A program made the position numbers and the translations under genes. From Ruditapes philippinarum (taxonomy: Eukaryota), in NCBI RefSeq assembly GCF_026571515.1, contig NW_026864712.1, forward strand, positions 124,001 to 188,000: a stretch of 64,000 nt of DNA. The letters are read 5' to 3'. Under the pieces are notes generated by a model. It ran no database searches. It was not told where the DNA came from and saw only the letters and a list, made by a program, of their open reading frames with translations. Positions 49,901-62,332 of this stretch are shown here, piece after piece. Each line of letters starts with the position of its first letter. Within the stretch, counting starts at the first letter, position 1.

Positions 49901-51346
49901 ATTTGTTTGGGTCTCAGAATGTAAGAAAGGTGCAGGTTGTGAGATTATATGTTTAGTGCCACCAATGCTTTCCAGCGTTTTAATTGTAGTAAATTGGCTA
50001 TAAGACTAATTGCAACACTGATATTCAATCCAATGTTTATTTGACTTTAACAATTTAAAAAAATGAGTTCAGGGTAAACCTGTTGTTTAAAATTGAAGTA
50101 AATATTACTGGGATTTGAACTCCAGACCTCTCGCTTCCTAAGCGAGCCCGAAAACCCTTCAGCCACGGTTAAATTTATATGTGAACGGCCTGAAGAAAAC
50201 CTTATTATTCTAAATTAGGGCTTGTAACGACTTTTAACTGTTGTTTAACACAGATGTAAATAATCCTAAAGCTTACTATAAGCATGTATATTTATAAAGA
50301 ATCAAAGGGCTTCAAGTTCTTTGTTTGCAATCTAAATCGTACTGTATATCTGTATGCATTTTCCTGTATAAGTTTATTTTTATGTATTATAATTCATTTT
50401 GTAAGGCACATACGGAATTCTGCATAACTAGAGTTGCATCAAAAATCATTTATGTACTTTTTTTACGACAGCCACACTTTATCCTTGTAAATCATGGCTA
50501 CTTCCTTAACAAAAACAATTAAAAAAAGAATTTAACAAAAAAAAAATTTCCTCGACTGGGATTCGAACTCGAGACCTCTCACTCACTAAGCGAGCGCGTT
50601 ACCACTGTACCACGGAGAAGTTATACACAGAATGTCTGAATAATATCAAGTCATTCTAAATTTAGAACTTCCATTGCATTCAGGAATCCTTATTAATTTC
50701 GAGGTTTTTTGTTCAGGGTAAACCTGTTGTTTAAAATTGAAGTAAATATTTTAGCGAAAATCCTCTCGCCCAAACAGTCCGACATGTAGAATCTATATAT
50801 TCCACTACTCGGTTTGTGTAGTATTCGGTAATCTACATGGCTAAAAATAGTATTTTCATTGATAAAATCATATTCATCCGCGTAATTTGTGATTGTGCAT
50901 TTATTGACAATTCTATAAGCCAACGCTATTGTTTAACTTTAAATGCGTTGTAATTTGTTGGATACTTGTAACCAAATAAAATATTTCTTTCTTTTTAATC
51001 GCTAGTTTTAAGCTGTTTTGAGAACTACTTGTTGTTAGGTTTGTCATAAACTTCTGTGTCAGAGATTGAATGTCCGCTTTGTATTTAGTTATTTTCGATC
51101 AGAAAATACCAGAAAACAATATTAGAAATCTTCGACCATTCGGGAATTACTTTGCTTGAAAATTGATGCGCCTGTCTTTGACCATCTTTACGCAGTGATC
51201 TCCCCTGAATTTTTCGGCTTTAGTGTACATACAAAAGGGAAGTAACCGCTTCAAAAAAGTGGACTACTTTCGGCATTTGCAATTAAGAACATTAGACTCT
51301 GAAATTTCGCTACCATTATTTGTTTGGTCTGACGACCCAAACAAAT
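49901..51346. mobile_element. TIR element nested in the HINE, carrying tRNA-like segments
   Basis: ATTTGTTTGGGTC(G)TCAGA / TCTGACGACCCAAACAAAT; reverse tRNA-like B-box segments at about 50108-50170 and 50550-50615. Confidence 0.6.
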
Positions 51347-52279
51347 AAAAAACGACAAACTAGGTCAAACAATATCAAATAATTATATCAAAAGTAGTCA
51401 GTAGATATCTTAATTCAATTCGCATCAGAAAATACATTCCTGGTCCAAATTTCAAGTCTCTGTACATCAAAACAAGAAAGTACGTGCAATGGTTTCAAAT
51501 ATATCAAAAACAGCTCAAGTGGTGCCAAAATTCAAGTATGCACATGAAACTCAGGTTGAACAGTATGTCCCAAAATCTATTAAAATGTGCTTTCTCCAAG
51601 TTTAAATCCAATTCAACAAAAATTGAAAAAAAATACAATTTTTAACAATACAACATTCAATAAAATAATTGAGCATACAAAACCATCTTGGTTAAACACA
51701 TGTGATGTTTCTTTAGCCTGATTTTTTTCCTGGTTAATGACCTACACCTGACCTTACAATTATGCAATATGATTTCATAAGTCTTGAGCTGAGAGATATT
51801 TACACATCATAAACATGTCATGACATTAAGACTTTCATGTATGTACATGTACACATTCCAACATGAGTTATTTCCCTTTCATTATGAAAAGATATCCTTT
51901 GATAGAAATTTATTGAAATTTATGAATTTCTTACTGAAAATGTTAAATTTGGATAAAAGAATGAATAAACTATGTATGGGAAGCTGCATATCCTATTATA
52001 GGCCAAGTAAAGCTGGTCTTTTCTATATATATATATAAAAAAAAACATTTTTTAATGACACTATCATTATATTTATACCGTGACCACCTATAGTGTGGAG
52101 AGTTTAAAACATAACAAAAATCTACTTTGTGTGAAGTCAAAACACGTTTATTTGATATTAATAAAGAGACTGTGTATCCATTGTCAATATTTTCTTATAT
52201 TAAATTTGAGCATAGAATATCTTTTATTTGAAGAAATGCCTTGACCTTGCATGGCATTTAAGCTTAAGCTTAAACAGGG

Positions 52280-52900
52280 CCAATCAAATAAATATAAGCA
52301 AACTTGATAAAAGACTACCTAAGAATGCTTCAGACAAAGTTTGGTGATCATCCATCAAATATTTCAGTAGGAGATGATGTTCAAAGGTTTTTCTATATTT
52401 AGCTTTAGCGGTCCCTTAAAGGGGCCAATCAATTTAATATGAAAAAACGTGATAAAAGACTACTTAAGAATGCTACCGACAAAGTTTGGTGATCATACAT
52501 CAATTAGTTCTATAGAAGAAGATGTCTAAAGGTATTTCTATTTTAGCTTTAGCGGCCCCTTAAAGGGGCCAATCAAATTAATATGAAAAAAAACCTAATA
52601 AAAGACTACCTAAGAATGCTACAGACAAAGTTTGGTGATTTCAGTAGGAAATGATGTACAAAGTTCTACCTACTTTTAGCTGCTTTGGAGGCCCCAAAAA
52701 GGGGCCAATCAAATTAATATGAGCAAACTTGATAAAAAGACTACACAAGAATGCTACAGACAAAGTTTGGTGATCATCCATCTTTCAGTTCTGTAGTAGA
52801 AGATGTTTAAAGGTTTTTCTATTGTTAGCTCTGTTGACTCCTAAGAGGGGCCAATTAAAGTGACATGGGCAAATTTAAGTGTGACTGTCACAAGGATGCT
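52280..52900 (+). repeat. About 140-bp tandem repeat (4-5 units) inside the HINE
   Basis: Recurrent AAAAGACTACCTAAGAATGCT...AAAGTTTGGTGATCATCC...GGGGCCAATCAAAT. Confidence 0.85.
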
Positions 52901-53559
52901 ACAGACCAAATTTTAGGTAAATCTGCCCAGTAGTTCTGTAGATTATTGACGTATGACGACGGACTACGGACGCCGGAGTATCCCCCTTTGATACTAATAG
53001 CTCATTCTGAGCCTTCGGCTCTGGTGAGCTAATAAATGAATGAATGAATGAATGAATGAATGAATGAACAAATGAATGACTGAATTGCATTGTTGTGACT
53101 GGCCTTCTTTGTTAATATAGAATAAAAGAACTCCGATAGTGTTAGAATGCTAAACAATGAACTTAGTCATGTCATGTATACATACTAAGTTAAACTTTAA
53201 ACTGAACACATTTTGTCCTCATCCTAATATTACAAGTTATAAAACTTACCTGCCCTCACATAATTCGTCAAGGGTCTCACCAATTAGATTTCCGTCGGAC
53301 AAATGACAACTAATGCTGTCTTGTGAATACTATATTTCTGACGGATATAATTGCAAAGCCATTATAGAAACTTTAATCTTTAATAACACTGTTTCAAAGA
53401 ATATAATTATAATCTGAGAATCTGTTTAGTCTCTCCTATTTAAACAATGTTATAACTTCATATATTGAAATGTTACAAAGTACAGCGATATCATTACACT
53501 ATTATAGTATCCATACAATATATGATGACGTAGATATCATAGCCAATATACATGTAGCA

Positions 53560-53975
53560 GCCTCTTAAATACCAAATAGTGATTAGTTCAGAAGAAGAAG
53601 TTTAAGGATTTTTTATTTTTAGCTTTAGCAACTCAAAAAGAGACCAATCAAATTAATATGAGCAAATTTAATAAAAGACTACCTATAAAATGCTTCAAAC
53701 AAAGTTTGGCGATCATCCAACAATTACTTTAGTAGAAGAAGACGTTTACGGGTTTTCCTATTTTTAGCTCTCTTGAACCCTTAAAGGTGCCAATTGAAAT
53801 AATATACACACATAAAAGTGTGACTGTTACAAGGATAGTACCGATTAAAGTTGATGTAAATCTGCTCAGCAGTAAAATAGAAGAAAATGGATCTTGACGC
53901 ATGACGACTGATGCCGGAGCATCCCCCTTTGATACTAATAGCTCACCCTGAATCTTCGTTTCTGAGAGTGAGCTA
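53560..53975 (+). mobile_element. HINE 3' fragment at the duplication junction
   Basis: Same 140-bp unit and same 3' end (CCCCTTTGATACTAATAGCTCA...GTGAGCTAA) as 52640-53033. Confidence 0.75.
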
Positions 53976-55527
53976 AAAATATTATAATTTTGGACGGTAA
54001 CAGATAGGGGGCGGGCAACATCGAAAAGATGGAGCAAGAATCATACCTTAAATAAGAATATAGTGTTTGACTCAATGATATTTCACGGTCGGTGGCGAAA
54101 ATCTTCCTGAATATAAATATATATTTAAGTATCCTTTTGTTCATTTTTCATTGTCATTTTTAGCTCACATGACTACATATTTCAAAAGATTGATTGTTAT
54201 AATGGTGATTGACCATCAGCTGATATTTGAAAATGTTTAGTATTAAATATAGATCTGCTAAAATATAAAAAGGCTGCTAAACTATTTTAACAGGTTATTT
54301 TCGATGGAAACTTATAGAAGTTATTTTGGTCAACGTGACTTATTTATCGTTCAAGCGAAATAAATTATCCAATTGAAAGGACTTATGAAGAGAAGAAAAA
54401 GAAATAGTTTACTTCAGTAACCTATACATTTACAGTATCTTGTTACATACAATAATTATGGCAAAACTTTATTTTATCTAGATTTTCACCTGTTTGCTCT
54501 ATATATACATTGTACCATTGGATGACATATTATGTCACTTTTATAAGACTCATGTCAATATTACCAGATCATGATAAAATGGTTAATATTTAGGTTTCTA
54601 GGTGTTTCGGCTTGTCGCGCGATAAATCTATCATTTAATTTTGTAATCTATCTATTAAATTTAAGGTGGAACGTTATCTTAGTTCACTTTTTTTTTAGTT
54701 TTCAAAGCTTCCCCTTATCTAAACTTATTACAAGTGTTCAAAACATAAAAGCACACTGTTTCACATAATGATAAACATTCTTGTTAAAAAAGAAAATAAA
54801 CTAACTTATTGCTAAAATGTTAATAACGGTTATAACTGCGACCTGAGCTTCTACATTTTAAACCATTTTAGAAGAAGTCAAGGCCGCGATGAGAGATGAA
54901 TGAAAGATAATTTTATGACACAAATTTTCATTTTCAGTCATCTTCAATGAAAAAGGAAGACACCCATTTAAAACCGTAGACACATCATATATTTCTACCA
55001 CCACTTAAGTTATTAAGTGTTCTTTTTCCACTGAAAAGAAAATACTATACATATGTAAAAAAATAAGGAAAGTAAGTTTAAATCATAGTCTGACTATAGA
55101 TAAGTTATACATGTGTGTGGCAATTACTGTTGAGTTCATGATTTAAAATTTATTTGTACAATAAATCAGGTTAGAAAACGCATTTGATTTTATTATAAAA
55201 AAAGAATGAAATCAATAAAGTGCGATAAAACAAGATAAGATTTATTGAACATACCGAAACAAAATCCATCTGTGATATTGATAATACATTTATACAAAGT
55301 CAAAGAGCAAAACATATGCTGTTAAAAATTGAAATAATTGTGATGATAAATATGATATACATGTAGTAACACATGTACATGAAACAACATAGAAAAAACT
55401 TACAAAATAAAACAAGGCATGAAAAGATTGTATATAGAACAGGTAAATGTACATGTCGTATTTGTAAACAATTGTAAAACATTCTTAACTTTTTAACAAA
55501 AATTTATTCAGAGTGATTTTGTTAAAA

Positions 55528-56614
55528 TCATTTTGATTTCCAGAATAGATACATTGCTGCTAGCCCAAGACCTATCTTTACAGCACTCCATAAACTTTCA
55601 CCCATTGTAGGTGTTTGTTCCGGTACAGCGTCTGGTTTAAAAGTTCTTCGTGGCTTAGACTCGTGCCGAACAGACGGAGTATCATTTCTTGAGTACAATA
55701 TATCCTCAATTTTATCAGCTTCATCATCTTTTGTATTATGCCAATTAGTTGAAGACCTCCTGGTTGGTTGCTGAACGCGGACCGAATGCCGATTGTTTAC
55801 TAATTTTCCATAGCAGTACCCACCCGGTTGTCCCCTAACATTTACTTCTTTTCCACCACATTTTGTTGTAAGTCTGGCGGCATCAATTGTCTTACTTACA
55901 TTAACGGTAATGTAACGACATTTACCTAACTTCTCTAGTTGACGAAATACCCAAAGTCGGCGGTTGTCCCAAGAAAACCATTGGCCATTCACTAGTGCTA
56001 CAGATATACGTTTTATATCTGACACAGACAACCTAAAATAAACCAGAGTTTCAAAATATATAGAATATAATTATATATATTCATGAAATCTTATAATATG
56101 TAGTATTTGTATTTATGAAATCTTTTCATTATAATGACGATACATTTGAAAGACATTTTTAAGAATAAAGATTCTTTTTACTTATGTTAAGTTATTTTGG
56201 GCTTAAACGAAGCTAATTAATTAGTATTTAATGCAAAATAAATGTAGATCTACATGTACATTTAATGTATGACATTTCAAAGTTAAACTAAACCGTATTG
56301 TTAAAAATCAACATGGACCTCCTTTTTGGATAATAAGAGTACAGATAGACTTATTTCAAGGTACGTGACGGCAGACATGGCGACTTGCCAGCTTTACATA
56401 CTAACCAGGAACGGTAGTAGGATTCGAACCCAACCCGATTAGCTGCAAGTAATTCTATCAGTTACCCTAACAGCCTTATGATGACCAAACGTATTTACCT
56501 GTCTTCATACAGATCGTCCAAGGTTTCACCAATTAGTTTACCTGTTGTCGAAAAACGGCAGCTTATACTATCTTGTGAAAAATAAATTTCAGATGGCTTT
56601 AACTGTGTTATCAT
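55528..56614 (-). CDS. ParB/Srx-like domain protein with a C-terminal tail anchor, paralog A2 (206 aa, 2 exons)
   Basis: Exon 1 56499-56614, exon 2 55528-56032; open frame, phase-2 GT-AG intron; nearly identical to A1 in the core domain. Confidence 0.85.
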
Positions 56615-57713
56615 GTTTAAGGTGCACGTATATATATATATATCTTTAAGTAAATTGTTATCCAACGTGTAATAATTATAATTATTTCTTAAAAGTCAAA
56701 GGGTAGACGACCTTTAATTATAACGCTCCATTGCTATTTCCATGAAATAATGTCCTATGTTTAATCCTTAAGCCAAAATGTCTCCTTCTTTTTAGAAATC
56801 TCGCACTTGTATATCTTAATCACAATTGACATCTAACTAGAACATTTTATATACGCTGATACAATTTTCGAGAAACTAAAACGAAACCAACTGCGTTTTC
56901 CGAAAATTGCAAGTAGTAGCTGTTTACATGCAGAAGTTATAAAATCGATGTAATACATCTCTCCTCTGTCTCGCTGTCTGAATCATACAGGCAATGTGTG
57001 TTTGATAAACTTGGCATACAGCTTAATGTGCAACAATAGTGCATAAAGCTATGCATGTATGTCTGTCATCTAATTAATTTTCACTTTTGGAAAAGAATAC
57101 TTCCAAAATACCTTTATGATAGAATAATTGTTATCAATATAATTTGTCGATGACTTGAGTTTACTTCTAGTGTGTGTGTGTGCGTGTGTGCGTGCGTGCA
57201 CGTCCGTTTGAAAGCTTTTGCTACTGCTGTTAATAATAAATTGAAACCGCTGTTTATTGAAACACAAAACATGCATATCAAATGAAAATGAATTAAAAAA
57301 TACCTATGTAATTGATAGTTCTTACTTAAAATAGTGACGGGATCTGATTCAGAAAAGAACAATACACTTGTGAGACATATCTTTCTAACCCATATTATTA
57401 CATTTATTCCGAAATAACATTATTTAATGACATTACTCTTATTGTTTAAAAATTAATATATATTAAATAAAACATCACCAGGAAGATGATTTAATTGTAA
57501 AGATAACTTATAGATGAAGTGAATACAACTTTATTTAGAGGAATTTTCTATTGCATTATGAAATCGACTTCTTGTAGAGTAATTGACAATTTTTTTTATA
57601 AATTTCACTATATACGAGGTATGTTCAAAACTTTTCTTGGACTTCTGCTGTGTATAATGACAAACTTGGTTGATATGAATCGGAATGTTGTCTTTATTTC
57701 TAAAAGTGTCCTT

Positions 57714-58612
57714 TTAGCGCTTCCCGAGTGTCAACAAAACAATGGCCCCGATGCCAATAACCTTTGCAGCCGTCCAGAGGAACGAGGAGGAACTCTGTGA
57801 ATGCCATCGACCACCAGGGTCACCTCCCACATCTACATTACGTGCTCCGCGTTTAGATGTCATGTAATACTAGGGCATTGAAACCATATTGTTTACTGGA
57901 ATTCTTTTACATTTGCCGAATCTTTCTAGGTGACGAAATGCCCATAATCTTCTGTTACTCTGTGTGATCCACCGACCATTTACTTTGGTTACAGAAATCG
58001 GATCAATGTCTGATACATTGAGCCTGCAAAAAGTTAACCGAATAATGTGGATGAATTGTCTGAAAATTAAACTTTTTATGTCATGTATATATACAAGGTA
58101 AGAACCAATTTCCTCTTTATTCAGTTGTAAAACACTGCCTGCCAGTTTGATGTTCGTCTGAGAAATGACAGCGCTGATGCTGTATTGAGAATAACATATT
58201 TCTGTTATTCTGTGATATAGTTGTGTAGTTGTAAAGTCGTTATAAACTTCAATCTCTAAATGAATTAAATAAATAAATAAAATGAATGAATGAATGAATG
58301 AATGAATGAATGACTGAATGAATGAATGAATGAATTGCATTGTTGTGACTGGCCTTCTTTGTTAATACAGAATAAAAGAACTCCGATAGTGTTAGAATGC
58401 TAAATAACGAATTTAGTCATGTCATGTTAACATACGAAGTTAAAATTTAAATTGAACAAATTTTGTCTTCATCCTAATATGATAAGTAATAAAACTTACC
58501 TTCCCTCACATAATTCGTCAAGAGTCTCGCCAATTAGATTTCCGCCGGAGAAATGACAGCTAATGCTTTCTTGTGAATAAAATATTTCTGACGGATAAAG
58601 TTGTAAAGCCAT
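57714..58612 (-). pseudogene. ParB/Srx-like paralog B2; premature TAG in exon 2 removes the C-terminal motif and tail anchor
   Basis: Exon 1 58500-58612 is intact (MALQLYPSEIFYSQESISCHFSGGNLIGETLDELCEG-R). Exon 2 57714-58023 has TAG at 57870-57872 where B1 has CAG; the frame continues to ...LLTLGKR*. Confidence 0.8.
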
Positions 58613-58774
58613 TATAGAAACTTTAATCTTTAATAAAACTGTTTCAAAGAATATAATTATAATCTGAGAATCTGTTTAGTCTTTCCTATTTGCACAATGT
58701 TATAACTTCATATAAAGAAATGTAACAAAGTACAGCGATATCATTAAACTATCTAAAGAGGTTCAAAGTTTACC

Positions 58775-58907
58775 TGATTTAAACATATTTATGAGGAATA
58801 TCAACTTCTATACCAACGTCAGTCTGGATTCAGGTCAAAACATTCATGTCAAACTGCACTGATAAGAATTATTGATGAATGGATTACAGTTATTGACAAA
58901 AAAGAAA
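58775..58907 (+). pseudogene. LINE RT fragment
   Basis: LLYQRQSGFRSKHSCQTALIRIIDEW is a CR1/L2 RT domain motif. Confidence 0.8.
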
Positions 58908-58909
58908 TA

Positions 58910-59875
58910 CAGTAAACTCCGCTTATAACGAACTCATTGGGACATTCAAAATCTGTTCCTTATATCCGGAGTTCCTTGTAAGCATACAGTGAATTAGTTC
59001 CTTGTATCAGGAGTTTTTATAGCGAACAGATTTACATAATATTATAACGAACTGATTATTTACCATTGTCCGCCATTTTGAAGAGCATTAGATTGAGAAA
59101 TATCGGTCATTTATTTCTATTTTAGACACAATACCCGAGAGCGTACTTTTTGGAATTTTAAAATCATTGCTATTTCAGTTTTAGTTTTACTCCTTATCTC
59201 AATTTCTCATAAAATATAATATTTTGTTTCTAAACTTTTTTCGTTTTCTTTTCCATGATTGAGAATAAACAAGATTTTCGATATGTCCAACCTTTTATAT
59301 TGAATATCTTCTATTATAATTTAAGGGTGACTTTTACTAATGTAAGATATAGATTTCTTTTCATTTAAATCAAGCGTACTTTGCAGTTTTAAATGGATCA
59401 TGCTTGCAAGCATGCGTGACAATGTTGAAAACCGATTATAAATTATTATAATTATTTTACTCGAGCAAAACTATTGAAGAAAAGAAATAAATAACCGTTT
59501 TATCTTGGTGAAAAGAGTTCATGCTAAAAATATCCTCAATAGAAAACTATACAAATTCATTTTAATAGATTTATTGAAGTACATACAACGATAAACGGTA
59601 CATTCGGCCGAGTTTAAATCCGTGCCAATGAAAACGAAAGTTGAAAATGCGGGATCTATTTACAGATAGCCGATATTTTGGAGTTCGTTATAAAAGTGTA
59701 ATTTTCTGTACTTTTAACTAAATTGGGGCTAAAAAATGAGTTCCTTATAAGCGATAATTCCTTATAACCGTGTTCGCTATAACCATATATTTTTATATTA
59801 AATAAAGAAGGGAAATATTCGGGCCAAAATAAATTGTTCCCTATAACCGGAAGTTCACTATAACCGTGTTCACTC
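58910..59875. mobile_element. pogo/Tc1-like MITE, right end truncated
   Basis: TA followed by CAGTAAACTCCGCTTATAACGAACTC; subterminal GTTCCTTATA / TATAACCG repeats at both ends. Confidence 0.65.
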
Positions 59876-61959
59876 CATTATTATTGTAAAGCTAAGAATG
59901 TACATGTTGTGTATAACCTTCCTCAGTTGCTTGGTTTTCTTCTTATTTAAAGGGCAGAACCTATCAAACTTACATATCCTTTTTTATTTAAAGTTACGTT
60001 CAGCAACTACTGATGTGCCTCATAGCTCAGTACTAGGTCATAGACACTGTGTTTTATCTATACAAGGTTAGCTTTAAAAAAAACTAGTAGCGACTCGCTT
60101 TGTCATTTCTGTTTCCTGCAGTGCGTTTTAATGTCAAATTGACAACTCCAACTCCAATAAACAACAATCTGGATAATGATGAAATGATGTAGGTAGAGCC
60201 CATCAAGGTGTCTCCACATATGAAGTTTAATCGTTATAGGTCAATAAGTATTGGAATAAGTGACAATAAACACACACGTCCTATACAAGCTTATATAAAT
60301 TAAGTACACCCTTGGGTTGGGCGAATGTTGACTCATGGGTCATGATTAACATATGTTTTGTATAAGTTCACAAGGCAATGCAACATATCAAATATTTAAG
60401 GTCTAGGCATTGAAGTTAAAACATATTTTTCCTATGCAGGTTAATATAAATCTTCCCCCCTTAGGGCATGATACATTTTTACCCAAGGGACATGATTTTG
60501 ATACATGTACATTTTTCAGCGGACCACATGCCAAATATTAAAGCTTTAGGCATTTTATTATGAGAAAATAAGGCTTAAATGTGTGTTTTTCTTATATAAG
60601 TCAATTTGTTTCCTTGACCTACATTAGCAACAAAGCGGAACCTTTTGAACCACTTTGAAGGGTACCACCAAAAGATCATTCCTGATAAGTTTGGTAAAGG
60701 AGATGTTGTTTAAAGAAAAATGAGAAACATTGCACAGACAATTGTATCAATAAATATCTTAAATCATTAAAACAAGTTTGAAATTGGTAAAAACTATGTA
60801 CAATTTAGTTCTTTGTTCCTAAACTTGAACACAACTTGTAATAAATAATGTTACATTAGTGGACAAAGTAATTTAATGCCAGTTTATTTCAAATAAAAGT
60901 TCACCTAAAATAAGTAAATTCATACATACAAAAGCAAACAGTACATTATTTATTGGCGTTCGCGCCGAAGCGCGACCCCTTTATCGAATAAAATCTGATT
61001 TCTGAAAAGGCAAATGCATTGCATTGTCATTAAAATATCTTAAATTTATCTCCAACTTTTTTACCTGGAGAAACTACAGAACATGATCTCGCAAACCGAT
61101 AAGAAAACATATAAACGTTTGCGTTCTTTAATCGTGCTTAGAACATAAAAATCTGATTCATTTTGTATACCTTTAAATAAAATCGTTTATTTGTAATGTA
61201 GAAGGGCAGGTTGGTATTCTTTCTTTGTATGGTCTGATTTTTGACACTCAGGTTATAATTTTGTAATTTCCCTTTTATAGTAGTACAAGAAAACATAATT
61301 TGTTACATTTTGAATTACAATTTACTGTCAACATATCAAGCACATTATTAGGTATAAACAAGTAGAGGAGATTTTAGGTATAAGAATTTAATAATTTTGT
61401 TTTTGATAATTATTCTTAATTTAAATTTATAAAAATAAATTTTTAAAATAAAATGTTGTAATATTGGTTGCTTTGAAAAGGTTACTAAGCCACGCTACCG
61501 CCCCCTCTTTCATTTTTTCATCTAAATTTATTAGGTATTCTTTAATAAAGATAAAAGTAAATCGCTTCTCTCTCTTCAATTATTATACATTAAAAGTTCT
61601 TTGAATAAAAATAAGTGCCTAGATCTACAACGAAAAGTAAGAATTAATTGTTAGTTATTATCAATAATATTATCCGTTATCTAATAAAATATATGATATT
61701 GGTTATTTTCCGGTTAGGTCAGAAGATATGTAATACCTCTACATAAAAAGGGAGTTTTATTTTAATGTTGAGAATTATCGTGGTATTACAATTTTAAGCT
61801 ATATAGGTTAATTTTTCACCCGTATTATTAATAATAGATTAAAGTTTTGGACAGAAAATTACAATGTTTATATAGAAGCATAAGCAGGGTTTAGATCAAA
61901 GAGAGTACAGCAGATAATATATATGTATAAAATGGATTGTCTCACTTTTTCATCCAAGG

Positions 61960-62332
61960 AAAGCAACTTTGTAGATTTTAGTAATGCATTTGACTATATT
62001 GTTAGAGATAATGTGTGGTACAAATTGATACAACAAGGTTTACGAGGAAAGATTTTTGATATTGTAAAATCCATTTATGAGTCTGTAAAATAAAGAGTTG
62101 TTAAATGAGGAATACTCATATTTACTATGAGTAAGCCAAGGAGAATGTTTATCTCCTTTCTTATTTTCTATGTTCATAAATGACCTTGAAGATTTTTTAT
62201 ACATGGTAATATGACTGGCTTGGATGTAAACATGTTTAAAATATTTTTATTATTATATGCAGACGATATTGTTATATTCGCAAATTCACCTGAAGAACTC
62301 CAAAAAAGTATTGATTCATTGAACAATTATTA
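61960..62332 (+). pseudogene. LINE RT fragment (CR1/L2-type)
   Basis: FVDFSNAFDYIVRDNVWYKL...QGECLSPFLFSMFINDL...LLYADDIVIF, with stops and frameshifts. Confidence 0.85.

Larger units (their letters stand above)
48907..53033 (+). mobile_element. Composite Helentron-associated (HINE-like) insertion in the B1 intron
   Basis: Absent from the B2 intron. Starts AAACAAGAGGG...CCCT..GCTCACC, has internal tandem arrays and a GACG microsatellite, and ends in a hairpin AGCTCA...TTCGG...TGAGCT. Confidence 0.7.
48337..53362 (-). pseudogene. ParB/Srx-like tail-anchored paralog B1; in-frame TAG at codon 11
   Basis: Exon 1 53250-53362 MALQLYPSEI*YSQDSISCHLSDGNLIGETLDELCEG-R (TAG at 53330-53332). Exon 2 48337-48646 is intact (...WITQNNRRLWVF...FLWTAAKVIGIGAIVLLTLGKR*). 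Confidence 0.8.
43452..53500. repeat. Tandem segmental duplication, copy 1 (genes A1 + B1)
   Basis: Colinear with 54021-58750 from TCGAAAAGATGGAGCAAGAA to TACAGCGATATCATTA. Longer by about 4.1 kb in the B intron and about 1.36 kb between A and B. Confidence 0.9.
54021..58750. repeat. Tandem segmental duplication, copy 2 (genes A2 + B2)
   Basis: Colinear with 43452-53500. Confidence 0.9.

Noticed and set aside
53330-53332. Stop-codon recoding of the in-frame TAGs in the B genes
   Set aside because: The two TAGs are at different, non-conserved positions, and the sister copy has a sense codon at each. Selenocysteine uses TGA.
44808-58612. Bacterial contamination, or canonical sulfiredoxin, as the source of the ParB-like genes
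   Set aside because: The genes have spliceosomal introns containing SINE/HINE insertions and host-like base composition. The catalytic GCHR motif of sulfiredoxin is absent.
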